This document shows positions 9,513-16,547 of a stretch of DNA of 20,000 nt, in pieces (within the stretch, counting starts at the first letter, position 1; every line of letters begins with the position of its first letter). Below the pieces are notes generated by a model. The model searched no databases and was not told the origin of the DNA. It worked only from the letters and a program-made list of their open reading frames with translations. A program made the translations under genes and the position numbers. This DNA comes from an uncultured virus (IMG/VR IMGVR_UViG_3300002138_000152) (lineage: Duplodnaviria; Heunggongvirae; Uroviricota; Caudoviricetes): IMG/VR virus record IMGVR_UViG_3300002138_000152. The stretch is one strand, 5' to 3'.

Positions 9513-9701
9513 ATGGACATAGCCAAGTACCTCAAGAAGGGCGGTGTAATAGTTAAATCTGTTACCCAGGACAAGATAACGGTGGAATACGAGGGATCAG
9601 CTGAACACACATTTGATGTGAATGATATTGAAAAATATTTGTTCATCTGTTTATTGGATTACATTAAGGAAGAAATCGTAGAAAAGGAGACACATGAATA
9701 A
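9513..9701 (+). CDS. Small hypothetical protein
   Basis: ATG at 9513 (MDIAKYLKKGG...); overlaps the start of the sigma-factor gene. Confidence 0.6.
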   Translation: MDIAKYLKKGGVIVKSVTQDKITVEYEGSAEHTFDVNDIEKYLFICLLDYIKEEIVEKETHE

Positions 9702-10251
9702 GCAGGTCAACCAAACACTAGAAAGACCTTTACAACAAACTACTCACGAAATACACAAAAATAAATACACATACAACGATCTACTTACATATGTTCCAGA
9801 TCTGAAACGATTTGTAAAGTCTAAGATTAAAACTGATTGGTGGCAAGATGTGGTTCAAGATACGCTCACGTATCTGTTTATCAAGTTTAAATCAATTCTA
9901 ATAGACAATATAAAAGGATTGGTGATAAACACCGCCACAATGTTTATACGCAAACACAATGAGCGTATGATTAAAGATAGATTAACCGAAGAATTGGTGC
10001 CTGAGAAGTCATATTCACAGAAGCCAACTGTTCAATACCATAAGTTTGAAGTATTTGGTTACAATACAGCAATCATCACAGATCGCTTGTTAGAAAATTT
10101 ACGGACGGTATCGTCCAACTTCATGGAACCATTCAACATGCAATTGAATGACATGAGTATAAAAGAGATAGCCACTGAACTATCGATACCAGAAAACACA
10201 GTGAAAACACGAATAAACAGGTGCAAGAAATACCTGAAAGAAGGATTATAA
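9694..10251 (+). CDS. ECF-like sigma-70 family RNA polymerase sigma factor
   Basis: Region 2-like LKRFV...DVVQDT and region 4 HTH MSIKEIATELSIPENTVKTRINRCKKYL. Confidence 0.85.
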   Translation: MNKQVNQTLERPLQQTTHEIHKNKYTYNDLLTYVPDLKRFVKSKIKTDWWQDVVQDTLTYLFIKFKSILIDNIKGLVINTATMFIRKHNERMIKDRLTEELVPEKSYSQKPTVQYHKFEVFGYNTAIITDRLLENLRTVSSNFMEPFNMQLNDMSIKEIATELSIPENTVKTRINRCKKYLKEGL

Positions 10252-10252
10252 T

Positions 10253-11119
10253 ATGAGTAAGAAACAAGAATTAAAAGATGCGTTAGGGCAGCGCATGAAG
10301 GCTTACGAGGAAGAAACTAGAACTTTCCTTGAACCAAAGAAACCAACAATCATGCGATTAGATGGAAAAGCTTTTCATACTTATACCCAACAGTTTAAAA
10401 AACCATTTGATCCAGTACTGATCAATACAATGGATCAAACAGCGATTTATCTTTGTAGTAAAATTCAAGGTGCACAATTTGCTTTTGTTCAAAGTGATGA
10501 AATTACAATTTTTCTTTCTGATGAAATGAGTGATGAAGCACAACTATGGTATGATGGAAATGTTCAAAAAATGACTTCTATATCAGCATCAATGGCTGCG
10601 GCAAAATTTAATCATTTACGTTTTTTAGATACACTTCTTTCTATAACTGGAGTTGATGAAAGAACAATGGGTGCAAGATATAATCATATTGAGCGTGAAG
10701 ATATTTTAGTTCCTATGGCACTTGCTGAATTTGATTCACGTGTATTTCAGGTTCCTGATTATCAAGAAGTTGTAAATAATTTTCTTTGGAGACAAGAGGA
10801 TTGTCGCAAAAATAGCATCTCATCGGTCGCTCAAAACATTTTTTCACCAAAACAATTGGACAAGAAAAACAGTGATGTTAAACTAGTAATGTGTGCTGAA
10901 GCTGGTGATCCATGGGAAGCGTATGATCCTAAATTAAAATGGGGTAGATTTATTCAAAAAGAAACATATATCACGGACATACCATACATGCGTGATGGTG
11001 TTCAACACATTGCTGAGAATGTAACACGAACACGTTGGGTGTCAACAGAATGTCCACTTTTCCGTGAAGATAAAGAATTTATTCTTTCACGTCTTAATTC
11101 AATTAAACAAAAGAAATAA
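10253..11119 (+). CDS. thg1: Thg1-like tRNA(His) guanylyltransferase / 3'-5' RNA polymerase
   Basis: RMKAYE, IMRLDGKAFHTYT, KPFD, QSDEITI, QKM.SISAS, FDSRVF, WRQEDC.KNSIS. Confidence 0.92.
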   Translation: MSKKQELKDALGQRMKAYEEETRTFLEPKKPTIMRLDGKAFHTYTQQFKKPFDPVLINTMDQTAIYLCSKIQGAQFAFVQSDEITIFLSDEMSDEAQLWYDGNVQKMTSISASMAAAKFNHLRFLDTLLSITGVDERTMGARYNHIEREDILVPMALAEFDSRVFQVPDYQEVVNNFLWRQEDCRKNSISSVAQNIFSPKQLDKKNSDVKLVMCAEAGDPWEAYDPKLKWGRFIQKETYITDIPYMRDGVQHIAENVTRTRWVSTECPLFREDKEFILSRLNSIKQKK

Positions 11120-11121
11120 TC

Positions 11122-11334
11122 ATGGCAAAACCTGTAGGAGATAGAATTGGTATTAAGCTTGGAGACAGCATTGTTTATGATGTAAGTGACATCCGTGCAA
11201 TGTGGTATAACAATGCAACTGGTGAATTAAATGCACGAATGAAATCTGACTTCATTACAAAAAAAATAATGTCAAAAGAAGTGTATGATCAAATTTACGA
11301 AAAGTACCTAACAACGTTCAAAATTATATTATAA
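11122..11334 (+). CDS. Hypothetical protein
   Basis: 70-aa ORF tightly packed in the operon. Confidence 0.6.
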   Translation: MAKPVGDRIGIKLGDSIVYDVSDIRAMWYNNATGELNARMKSDFITKKIMSKEVYDQIYEKYLTTFKIIL

Positions 11335-11795
11335 TGAAATACGACTTTATATCACATACAGATGAGCATATTAAAGGATTCAAAGAAGATTACGCTTTTT
11401 TGAGTAATATGCAATCATGTGTTATTCAGTGGCAAGGATTACTTTTCACTTCTACTGAAGCTGCTTACCAGGCAAGTAAATCAAAACAACTTAGTGTAGC
11501 AAAACAGTTTCAGACATTAAACGGATTAGAAGCAAAAAAACATTCGAAAACAATTTATGTTCGAAAGGATTGGAATGAAATACGTGTATCGATTATGGCA
11601 CAATTAGTATTTCAAAAATTCTTTAATGATTTGGAACTCAGACAACAATTGTTAGATACTGGAGATCGTTATATTGAAGAAACAAACAATTGGAAGGACA
11701 TTTTTTGGGGAGTTTGTAATGGAGTAGGAGAAAATCAACTTGGTAAAATACTAATGGCTACACGTGAATATTTTAAAGTATACGAAAATGAGTAA
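11334..11795 (+). CDS. NADAR (YbiA-like) family protein
   Basis: FLSN, F.STEAAYQASK, R.DW...R..IM......KF, LL.TGDR.IEE.N.W.D.FWG, GEN.LGKILM..R. Confidence 0.9.
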   Translation: MKYDFISHTDEHIKGFKEDYAFLSNMQSCVIQWQGLLFTSTEAAYQASKSKQLSVAKQFQTLNGLEAKKHSKTIYVRKDWNEIRVSIMAQLVFQKFFNDLELRQQLLDTGDRYIEETNNWKDIFWGVCNGVGENQLGKILMATREYFKVYENE

Positions 11796-12042
11796 AATTG
11801 AACAGAATATAGACACACAGAAAGTTACATTGAAAGGTGTTGTTGAATACTTAGAATGTCTTTCAATGAAAGTTGGTGAAACTATAACTGAATATGACTG
11901 GAGAGAGTGTAGAGCTTTAATTTATGCATTAGAACAGACCTTTCAAGATACACATGATATAAAAACTATGCGTGATGAGGTATACGCATCTTTTAAACCA
12001 AATACAATAACAGAAATCAAATCATTTCAAGATAATTTATAA
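11788..12042 (+). CDS. Hypothetical protein
   Basis: ATG at 11788 overlaps the NADAR stop; 84 aa. Confidence 0.6.
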   Translation: MSKIEQNIDTQKVTLKGVVEYLECLSMKVGETITEYDWRECRALIYALEQTFQDTHDIKTMRDEVYASFKPNTITEIKSFQDNL

Positions 12043-12048
12043 AACAAT

Positions 12049-12375
12049 ATGGAAACAATAGAAGAAAAAAGAGCAATTTATCACCCTAACACCGTTATCA
12101 TTGATAACGATGGTGATGCACATAATCTTGGGCATATAGTGTCTATTAAAAAATTGACCGGTAATGAAATTAGTGGAACAATTGCCTTAGTGCTAATTAC
12201 TGCTGAAGATCATCAAATCTTGATTCAGGTATGTACTGCTGAAACTGTTGAAAACTACGATGAGTTATTTATGAAAATGACAAAAATTCGTCTTGACATC
12301 ATCGAGAAATGGTCAAAGCGTTTTGATGGTGAAGTTTTTTATCCATTCAAAACAATCAATCTTAAGAAAAAGTGA
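12049..12375 (+). CDS. Hypothetical protein
   Basis: 108-aa ORF in the operon. Confidence 0.6.
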   Translation: METIEEKRAIYHPNTVIIDNDGDAHNLGHIVSIKKLTGNEISGTIALVLITAEDHQILIQVCTAETVENYDELFMKMTKIRLDIIEKWSKRFDGEVFYPFKTINLKKK

Positions 12376-12638
12376 GTCGTTTAATAAATCAAGAACGTGT
12401 ATTAATAGTATCTCAAAAAAATCGTGTCTTATATTTTGATGTCTGTAATATATCAGGATTGAAAATAGAATCACATTATGGTCAACATGGTGAGGTCTAT
12501 ATTATGTATGACAAAGGAACTTACAGTTATAATCATACAAAAGGCTGTGAATTTTTATTCAAGTATTTGAATGAGATCATAATTGATCTCAAAATCGGAA
12601 AGAAAACATCGGCTATCGTTGAAATCGATAAGCTATAA
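12372..12638 (+). CDS. Hypothetical protein
   Basis: GTGA overlap with the previous stop; 88 aa. Confidence 0.55.
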   Translation: MSRLINQERVLIVSQKNRVLYFDVCNISGLKIESHYGQHGEVYIMYDKGTYSYNHTKGCEFLFKYLNEIIIDLKIGKKTSAIVEIDKL

Positions 12639-12650
12639 TATATATAAATT

Positions 12651-13052
12651 ATGGAAGTAGGATTATTTGGCACTTGTAACAATTCACAATGGCGTGAAGC
12701 GCTCATTCCGTTACTAGAGTGCGAGTATTTCAATCCGGTTGTTGAAGACTGGAATGAAGAAGCTCAGAAAATGGAAATTGAAAAACGTGAAACATGTGAT
12801 TTCATTCTTTACACAATAACACCAAAGATGACAGGTGTGTATTCAATTGCTGAGGCTGTTTTTGATGCTTGTACGCGACCACAGAAGATCTTATTTTGTG
12901 TATTGAATGAAGACGATTACAACGAGTTTACAGAACACCAGATCAAGTCTATGGACATGACAAAGAAACTCATTAGTGAGTGTGGTGTGCGAACATTTAG
13001 TGATCTTCCATCAGTTGCAGCATTTTTAAATTATGTTAACGAAACTGTTTAA
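12651..13052 (+). CDS. Nucleoside 2-deoxyribosyltransferase-like protein
   Basis: LFGTCNNSQWR..LIP.L...YFNPVVEDW...E...RE.CD..LY.ITPKMTGVYSIAE. Confidence 0.75.
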   Translation: MEVGLFGTCNNSQWREALIPLLECEYFNPVVEDWNEEAQKMEIEKRETCDFILYTITPKMTGVYSIAEAVFDACTRPQKILFCVLNEDDYNEFTEHQIKSMDMTKKLISECGVRTFSDLPSVAAFLNYVNETV

Positions 13053-13437
13053 GAAGCTTTTCTTGATCAAAGAAATCAAGAGTAAACTTGGCGTACTTCA
13101 CTTCAGACGATGGAGATTGGTATCAACACCAATCTTCAGTGTTTATATTCATAACATATATCGTGCTGATGAAGACAAGTACATGCATGATCATCCTTGG
13201 AATTACTGGGCAATGATATTAAAAGGTGGATACATTGAACAAGTAAAAAACGGCTTCAATACAAAACTTCCTGGTTCTTTTGGATTTAAAAAGGCTGAAA
13301 ATTGTCATAAAATTCATCACATAATTAAACCTACAACTACTCTATTTATTACATTCAGACGTCGTAGGGATTGGGGTTATCATACCGAAAATGGTTGGAT
13401 TCAACACACATTTTATCGTCAACAAAAACATAATTAG
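13033..13437 (+). CDS. Cupin-like phage protein
   Basis: IH.I.RADED..MHDHPW......LKGGY.E ... H.I ... TLFIT.....WG motif common in phage cupin-like proteins. Confidence 0.65.
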   Translation: MLTKLFKKLFLIKEIKSKLGVLHFRRWRLVSTPIFSVYIHNIYRADEDKYMHDHPWNYWAMILKGGYIEQVKNGFNTKLPGSFGFKKAENCHKIHHIIKPTTTLFITFRRRRDWGYHTENGWIQHTFYRQQKHN

Positions 13438-13438
13438 A

Positions 13439-13723
13439 ATGGCAAAAAATGAAAAAATAAATAATGAAATATCTTTCACAATTTATAAAACTGTATATGT
13501 GATTGATTTTGATAATATCTCTTGGATGTATGTCGGTGTTTACTTGGGTGATGGCAAATATGGTTATTCAACAATTAAATACATGTTAAACAATAATAAA
13601 GATTCTTCAATTATAAAATTTAAAACAGAAGAGCAAGCTAACTTAATAGTAAAAATGTTTGAAGATTATTGTAAATTAAAATACAATTACTGTGATGAAC
13701 TTTGTGTAATAGGAAAATCATGA
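13439..13723 (+). CDS. Hypothetical protein (paralog of the next ORF)
   Basis: ATG at 13439. Shares VIDF..I...Y and I.FK.EE.A......FE.....KY with 13720..13989. Confidence 0.6.
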   Translation: MAKNEKINNEISFTIYKTVYVIDFDNISWMYVGVYLGDGKYGYSTIKYMLNNNKDSSIIKFKTEEQANLIVKMFEDYCKLKYNYCDELCVIGKS

Positions 13724-13989
13724 AAAAAATATCTGAAATTTATGTTTTTAAAGACGATGATACATTTAAGGTTATTGATTTTAATACAATTAGATTCTGT
13801 TATTTGCGTGAATCTAAAATAGATTATCGTACAACATGCAAAAAATATGTTGAAATTCAAGATAATCTATCTAATACTGTCAATATAAGGTTTAAAGATG
13901 AAGAGTCAGCTACAGCTTTTATGAATGCATTTGAAGAATTTGCACGCTATAAGTATGATATGAGAGATAATTCATTTCAAAAAATTTAA
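13720..13989 (+). CDS. Hypothetical protein (paralog of the previous ORF)
   Basis: ATGA overlap with the previous stop; shared motifs as above. Confidence 0.6.
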   Translation: MKKISEIYVFKDDDTFKVIDFNTIRFCYLRESKIDYRTTCKKYVEIQDNLSNTVNIRFKDEESATAFMNAFEEFARYKYDMRDNSFQKI

Positions 13990-14061
13990 ACATTCTATTT
14001 ATTCTTGTGTATAACTTTCAGAATCGGTTACCGGTTCATTAAAAAGAATCATAAGAATAAA

Positions 14062-14232
14062 ATGAGTACAACTGAAATCTACGCAGAATTGTCTAAGCTA
14101 TGGGCTGAATTTGACGCTGCACACAACGGAACCAAAAAACGCAATCGTGCAGATGCTCGTAAAGCATTAGGTGAGATGAAAAAATTAATCACTCCATACC
14201 GTCAAGCATCTGTTGAAGAAACAAAAGCGTAA
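14062..14232 (+). CDS. Hc1-like (histone H1-like) small basic protein
   Basis: 56 aa. G.K.....ARKALGEMKKL...YR..S.E resembles the short Bacteroidota/phage Hc1-family proteins. Confidence 0.65.
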   Translation: MSTTEIYAELSKLWAEFDAAHNGTKKRNRADARKALGEMKKLITPYRQASVEETKA

Positions 14233-14333
14233 AAAAATTAAAAAAAACGCAAAATATTTTTTTATTTGAAAAATGATGCGTATTATTGCATCATAATCAA
14301 AAAGGGAAACAAAATTTACAATATATAAATCAA

Positions 14334-14408
14334 ATGAAGAAATTTACAAACATAGCAACATCTGAGTATCGTAACGATGCTGTCGAACCCGATCAAAACT
14401 TGGGCTGA
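14334..14408 (+). CDS. Putative attenuator leader peptide 1 (MKKFTNIATSEYRNDAVEPDQNLG)
   Basis: 24-codon ORF. Consecutive GAA CCC GAT CAA (E-P-D-Q, 14385-14396) match the downstream tRNA specificities, and the 3' end overlaps the antiterminator strand. Confidence 0.65.
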   Translation: MKKFTNIATSEYRNDAVEPDQNLG

Positions 14409-14479
14409 TATTGTTATGCATTGATTTATCATATTAAAGTATAACTTTGAGGCCCGAATTTAAGATTCGGGCTTTTTTT
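14400..14479 (+). terminator. Attenuator 1: intrinsic terminator with an overlapping antiterminator
   Basis: Terminator AGGCCCGAAT-ttaag-ATTCGGGCTT plus T-tract (14450-14479). Alternative pairings are TTGGGCT (14400-14406) with GGCCCGA (14451-14457) and GTTATGC (14413-14419) with GTATAAC (14439-14445). Confidence 0.75.
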
Positions 14480-14483
14480 ATTT

Positions 14484-14556
14484 CGTGCTGTAGATCAGTT
14501 GGTAGATTGGGGAGTTTGGGACTCTCAGGCCGCAAGTTCGAGTCTTGCCAGTGCGA
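14484..14556 (+). tRNA. tRNA-Pro(TGG)
   Basis: Cloverleaf: CGTGCTG/CAGTGCG acceptor, GGGAG-ttTGGga-CTCTC, GCAAG-TTCGAGT-CTTGC, C1-G72 and A73. No encoded CCA. Confidence 0.85.
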
Positions 14557-14564
14557 CGAAATAA

Positions 14565-14635
14565 CGAGAGTGTGGTGTAATGGTAGCACATGGTGTTTGG
14601 GTCACTAGAGAACGGTTCGAGTCCGGCACTTTCGA
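14565..14635 (+). tRNA. tRNA-Pro(TGG), atypical (8-bp acceptor, short T-stem)
   Basis: CGAGAGTG/CACTTTCG, TGGTG-ttTGGgt-CACTA, CGG-TTCGAGT-CCG. Confidence 0.65.
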
Positions 14636-14644
14636 CAATTGAAA

Positions 14645-14720
14645 CGAGATTTTACAGTAAGGCGGAAAACTGGTAACATAGTGGCTATGTGTAAGGTTGG
14701 TTCGAATCCAACAATTTCGA
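14645..14720 (+). tRNA. tRNA-Pro(TGG)-like RNA with an aberrant anticodon arm
   Basis: CGAGATT/AATTTCG acceptor and perfect T arm GTTGG-TTCGAAT-CCAAC. The anticodon arm ACATAG-TGG-CTATGT lacks U33. Confidence 0.5.
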
Positions 14721-14749
14721 CAAAAAGAAAACGTTCTTTAAATTAAAAT

Positions 14750-14823
14750 GTTCCGTTAGTGAAGTTGGTTAACACGTCTCACTTTCCATGAGAAGATCAT
14801 CGGTTCGAATCCGATACGGAATA
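14750..14823 (+). tRNA. tRNA-Glu(TTC), with unusual C37
   Basis: GTTCCGT/ACGGAAT, TCTCA-ctTTCca-TGAGA, ATCGG-TTCGAAT-CCGAT. Confidence 0.75.
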
Positions 14824-14908
14824 CTACGGTCAAAGTGATGTAGATCAGTCTAACTGATTGAAAGTATAGTACAATACTAGGTTTATTCCCATCATTCCCT
14901 GACCATAA

Positions 14909-14980
14909 CGCCCGTTGGTCAAGTGGTTAAGACGCATCCCTTTCACGGATGAGTCACGAGTTCGATTCTCGTACGGGTGA
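14909..14980 (+). tRNA. tRNA-Glu(TTC)
   Basis: CGCCCGT/ACGGGTG, CATCC-ctTTCac-GGATG, ACGAG-TTCGATT-CTCGT. Confidence 0.88.
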
Positions 14981-14981
14981 C

Positions 14982-15668
14982 ATGAAGCAATGTGAAAATT
15001 GTAATAATAATCACAACGGTGATTATGGAAGTGGTAGATTCTGCTCAAGCAAATGTGCTAGAGGTTTCTCTACCAAAGATAAACGTTCTTTGATAAATGA
15101 AAAGGTGAGTAAAAAATTATCTTTTGTTCCTGTTCTTATTAAAAATTGTGCTCAATGTAATATTGTTTTTGATACAAAAAATGTAAAACAACTTTATTGT
15201 TCAAAATCGTGTGGTGCTAGTGCGACATCAAAAGGTTGGACAAATCATTCTAAAATTGATTGGAGTAGTATACATAGAGAAGCATATAAAAATGGAAACA
15301 ATTATGTTGCTGGTGGTACATGTAAATGGATTGAAATAACTACTAGTAACGGTTTAATTAAAGTTCAAGGTTCATATGAAGTTAGAGTTGTTAAAATTCT
15401 TGAGCAATGGAAAATAAAGGGTAAAATAATTAATTGGCAATACTCACCAACAAGATTTAAATACTATGATGAAAATCATATTGAACGAACATATTTAATA
15501 GATTTTCTTGTTATTGAAAATAATAAAATGTGGTATTTAGAAGTTAAAGGTTATACACAAGCTAAAGATTTATTAAAATGGAAAGCTGTTAACGATCTTA
15601 AACATCATCTTGTTGTTTGGCACCTTGATCAAATTAAAGAAAATGAAAAACACACCTTGGAGGTCTAA
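14982..15668 (+). CDS. Free-standing homing-endonuclease-like protein (Cys zinc-finger repeats plus a TnsA-like PD-(D/E)XK domain)
   Basis: Likely start is ATG 14982, because the track start lies inside tRNA-Glu. CENC...FCSSKCA and CAQC...YCSKSC, then GSYE...YLIDFLV...YLEVKGY...KW. Confidence 0.75.
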   Translation: MKQCENCNNNHNGDYGSGRFCSSKCARGFSTKDKRSLINEKVSKKLSFVPVLIKNCAQCNIVFDTKNVKQLYCSKSCGASATSKGWTNHSKIDWSSIHREAYKNGNNYVAGGTCKWIEITTSNGLIKVQGSYEVRVVKILEQWKIKGKIINWQYSPTRFKYYDENHIERTYLIDFLVIENNKMWYLEVKGYTQAKDLLKWKAVNDLKHHLVVWHLDQIKENEKHTLEV

Positions 15669-15728
15669 TGGTTAGGACATCCGCCTGTCACGCGGAAATT
15701 CAAGCGGGTTCGACTCCCGTTCGGGGTG
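15654..15728 (+). tRNA. tRNA-Asp(GTC)
   Basis: TCCGC-ctGTCac-GCGGA, GCGGG-TTCGACT-CCCGT, G73. The 5' end overlaps the last codons of the endonuclease ORF. Confidence 0.8.
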
Positions 15729-15736
15729 CAATAAAA

Positions 15737-15801
15737 CAAGGGATAGTGTATGGTAACATACATGACTGTCTATGTTGGGTTCGAGTTCAACATGTGGTGC
15801 A
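15737..15801 (+). pseudogene. Degenerate tRNA-Asp(GTC)-like remnant
   Basis: D-arm-like GTGT-atggta-ACAT, loop CTGTCTA and GGTTCGAG T-loop are present, but the 3' anticodon strand and acceptor pairing are lost. Boundaries approximate. Confidence 0.45.
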
Positions 15802-15831
15802 AAAGACAGAAAAGTCTATAAAATGAAATTT

Positions 15832-15904
15832 AGTCTCGGCGTATAATGGCTGGTACATCCGACTGTCTATCGGAGTTTAGAGGGTTCGATTCCCTTCGGG
15901 ACCG
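15832..15904 (+). tRNA. tRNA-Asp(GTC)
   Basis: GTCTCG/CGGGAC acceptor (1-72 mismatch), TCCGA-ctGTCta-TCGGA, GAGGG-TTCGATT-CCCTT, G73. Confidence 0.75.
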
Positions 15905-16028
15905 CAGTAATTGGGTTGTGAATTCACAGGCTGTAACCTGTAATAGTAGCAATGTGTTACATGTGGAATGTGAGTAAAAAGTCTAAGTAGTGTTACAGCG
16001 CAAAATGACTTTCAAAGCAAGAAATATT

Positions 16029-16097
16029 TCGGTTTAGGTGTAGTGGTGCACGGCCTGCGTTGAGCAGGACGGTTCGGTTCGATTCCGACATACTGAT
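16029..16097 (+). tRNA. tRNA-Gln(TTG)-like, atypical (G33)
   Basis: U1-A72 acceptor TCGGTTT/ATACTGA, D arm GTGT-agtggt-GCAC, CCTG-cgTTGag-CAGG, TCGG-TTCGATT-CCGA. Confidence 0.55.
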
Positions 16098-16125
16098 CAA
16101 AAGAATTGATTAAAAATTAAGAAAA

Positions 16126-16221
16126 ATGAAAACAATTGCGGTAAATAATCAGGTAATGCTTATCACCACTCCAACGAGTGTTAGCTATTACTATTATCTA
16201 TACTTATTGAGGAATCGATGA
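16126..16221 (+). CDS. Putative attenuator leader peptide 2, Tyr-rich (MKTIAVNNQVMLITTPTSVSYYYYLYLLRNR)
   Basis: 31-codon ORF with TAT TAC TAT TAT CTA TAC at 16186-16203, directly upstream of a terminator and four tRNA-Tyr genes. Confidence 0.8.
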   Translation: MKTIAVNNQVMLITTPTSVSYYYYLYLLRNR

Positions 16222-16279
16222 GACCGTAATTGTATTGCACAATTTTAAGTCCTGTTGATTCATTCAGCAGGACTTTTTT
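16212..16279 (+). terminator. Attenuator 2: intrinsic terminator with an overlapping antiterminator
   Basis: Terminator AAGTCCTGTTGA-ttcat-TCAGCAGGACTT plus T-tract (16247-16279). Alternative pairing of GAATCGATGAGAC (16212-16224) with GTCCTGTTGATTC (16249-16261) gives 12/13 pairs including G-U and encloses AATTGT/ACAATT. Confidence 0.8.
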
Positions 16280-16284
16280 ATTAT

Positions 16285-16367
16285 CCGGACGTATGCAAGA
16301 GGCTAAAGCAGAATGACTGTAAATCATTTCTCTTCGGAGTTCGTAGGTTCGAATCCTACCGGCCGGA
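16285..16367 (+). tRNA. tRNA-Tyr(GTA), long variable arm, C1-G72
   Basis: AATGA-ctGTAaa-TCATT, variable arm CTC-TTCG-GAG, GTAGG-TTCGAAT-CCTAC, A73. Confidence 0.88.
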
Positions 16368-16379
16368 CAAAACATACAT

Positions 16380-16460
16380 GCCAGTATGTGCGAGTGGTTA
16401 ATGCAGCCGATCTGTAAAATCGGTCCTTTGGGTTCGTAGGTTCAAATCCTACTGCTGGCA
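16380..16460 (+). tRNA. tRNA-Tyr(GTA)
   Basis: GCCAGTA/TGCTGGC, CCGAT-ctGTAaa-ATCGG, GTAGG-TTCAAAT-CCTAC, A73. Confidence 0.9.
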
Positions 16461-16470
16461 CAATTTTAAT

Positions 16471-16540
16471 GGAAGAGAACGGGCGGAAGCCAGGTCTGTA
16501 AAACCTTTGCTAGTGAGTTCGATACCCACCTTTTCCACCA
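16471..16540 (+). tRNA. tRNA-Tyr(GTA)-like, reduced D and variable arms, encoded CCA
   Basis: GGAAGAG/CTTTTCC-A-CCA, AGGT-ctGTAaa-ACCT, imperfect T arm. Confidence 0.6.
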
Positions 16541-16547
16541 ATAACAT

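Noticed and set aside
1300..10543. Short ORFs nested in or antisense to long genes (e.g. 1300..1485, 1391..1594, 3628..3825, 5572..5763, 6038..6241, 8151..8339, 8366..8572, 9160..9348, 9461..9646, 10358..10543)
   Set aside because: They overlap better-supported CDSs and show no motifs.
14233..14479. T-box riboswitch as the explanation for the terminators upstream of the tRNAs
   Set aside because: No T-box consensus (AGGGTGGNACCGCG) or Stem I motifs were found here or at 16100-16279. A translated leader explains the layout better.
14750..14823. Reading this tRNA as Gly(TCC)
   Set aside because: The 5-bp stem centres TTC in the 7-nt loop, and the acceptor stem and A73 do not fit bacterial tRNA-Gly.
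14949..14981. ORF-track N-terminal extension (MSHEFDSRTGD) of the endonuclease
   Set aside because: It lies inside a well-formed tRNA-Glu; ATG 14982 is the plausible start.
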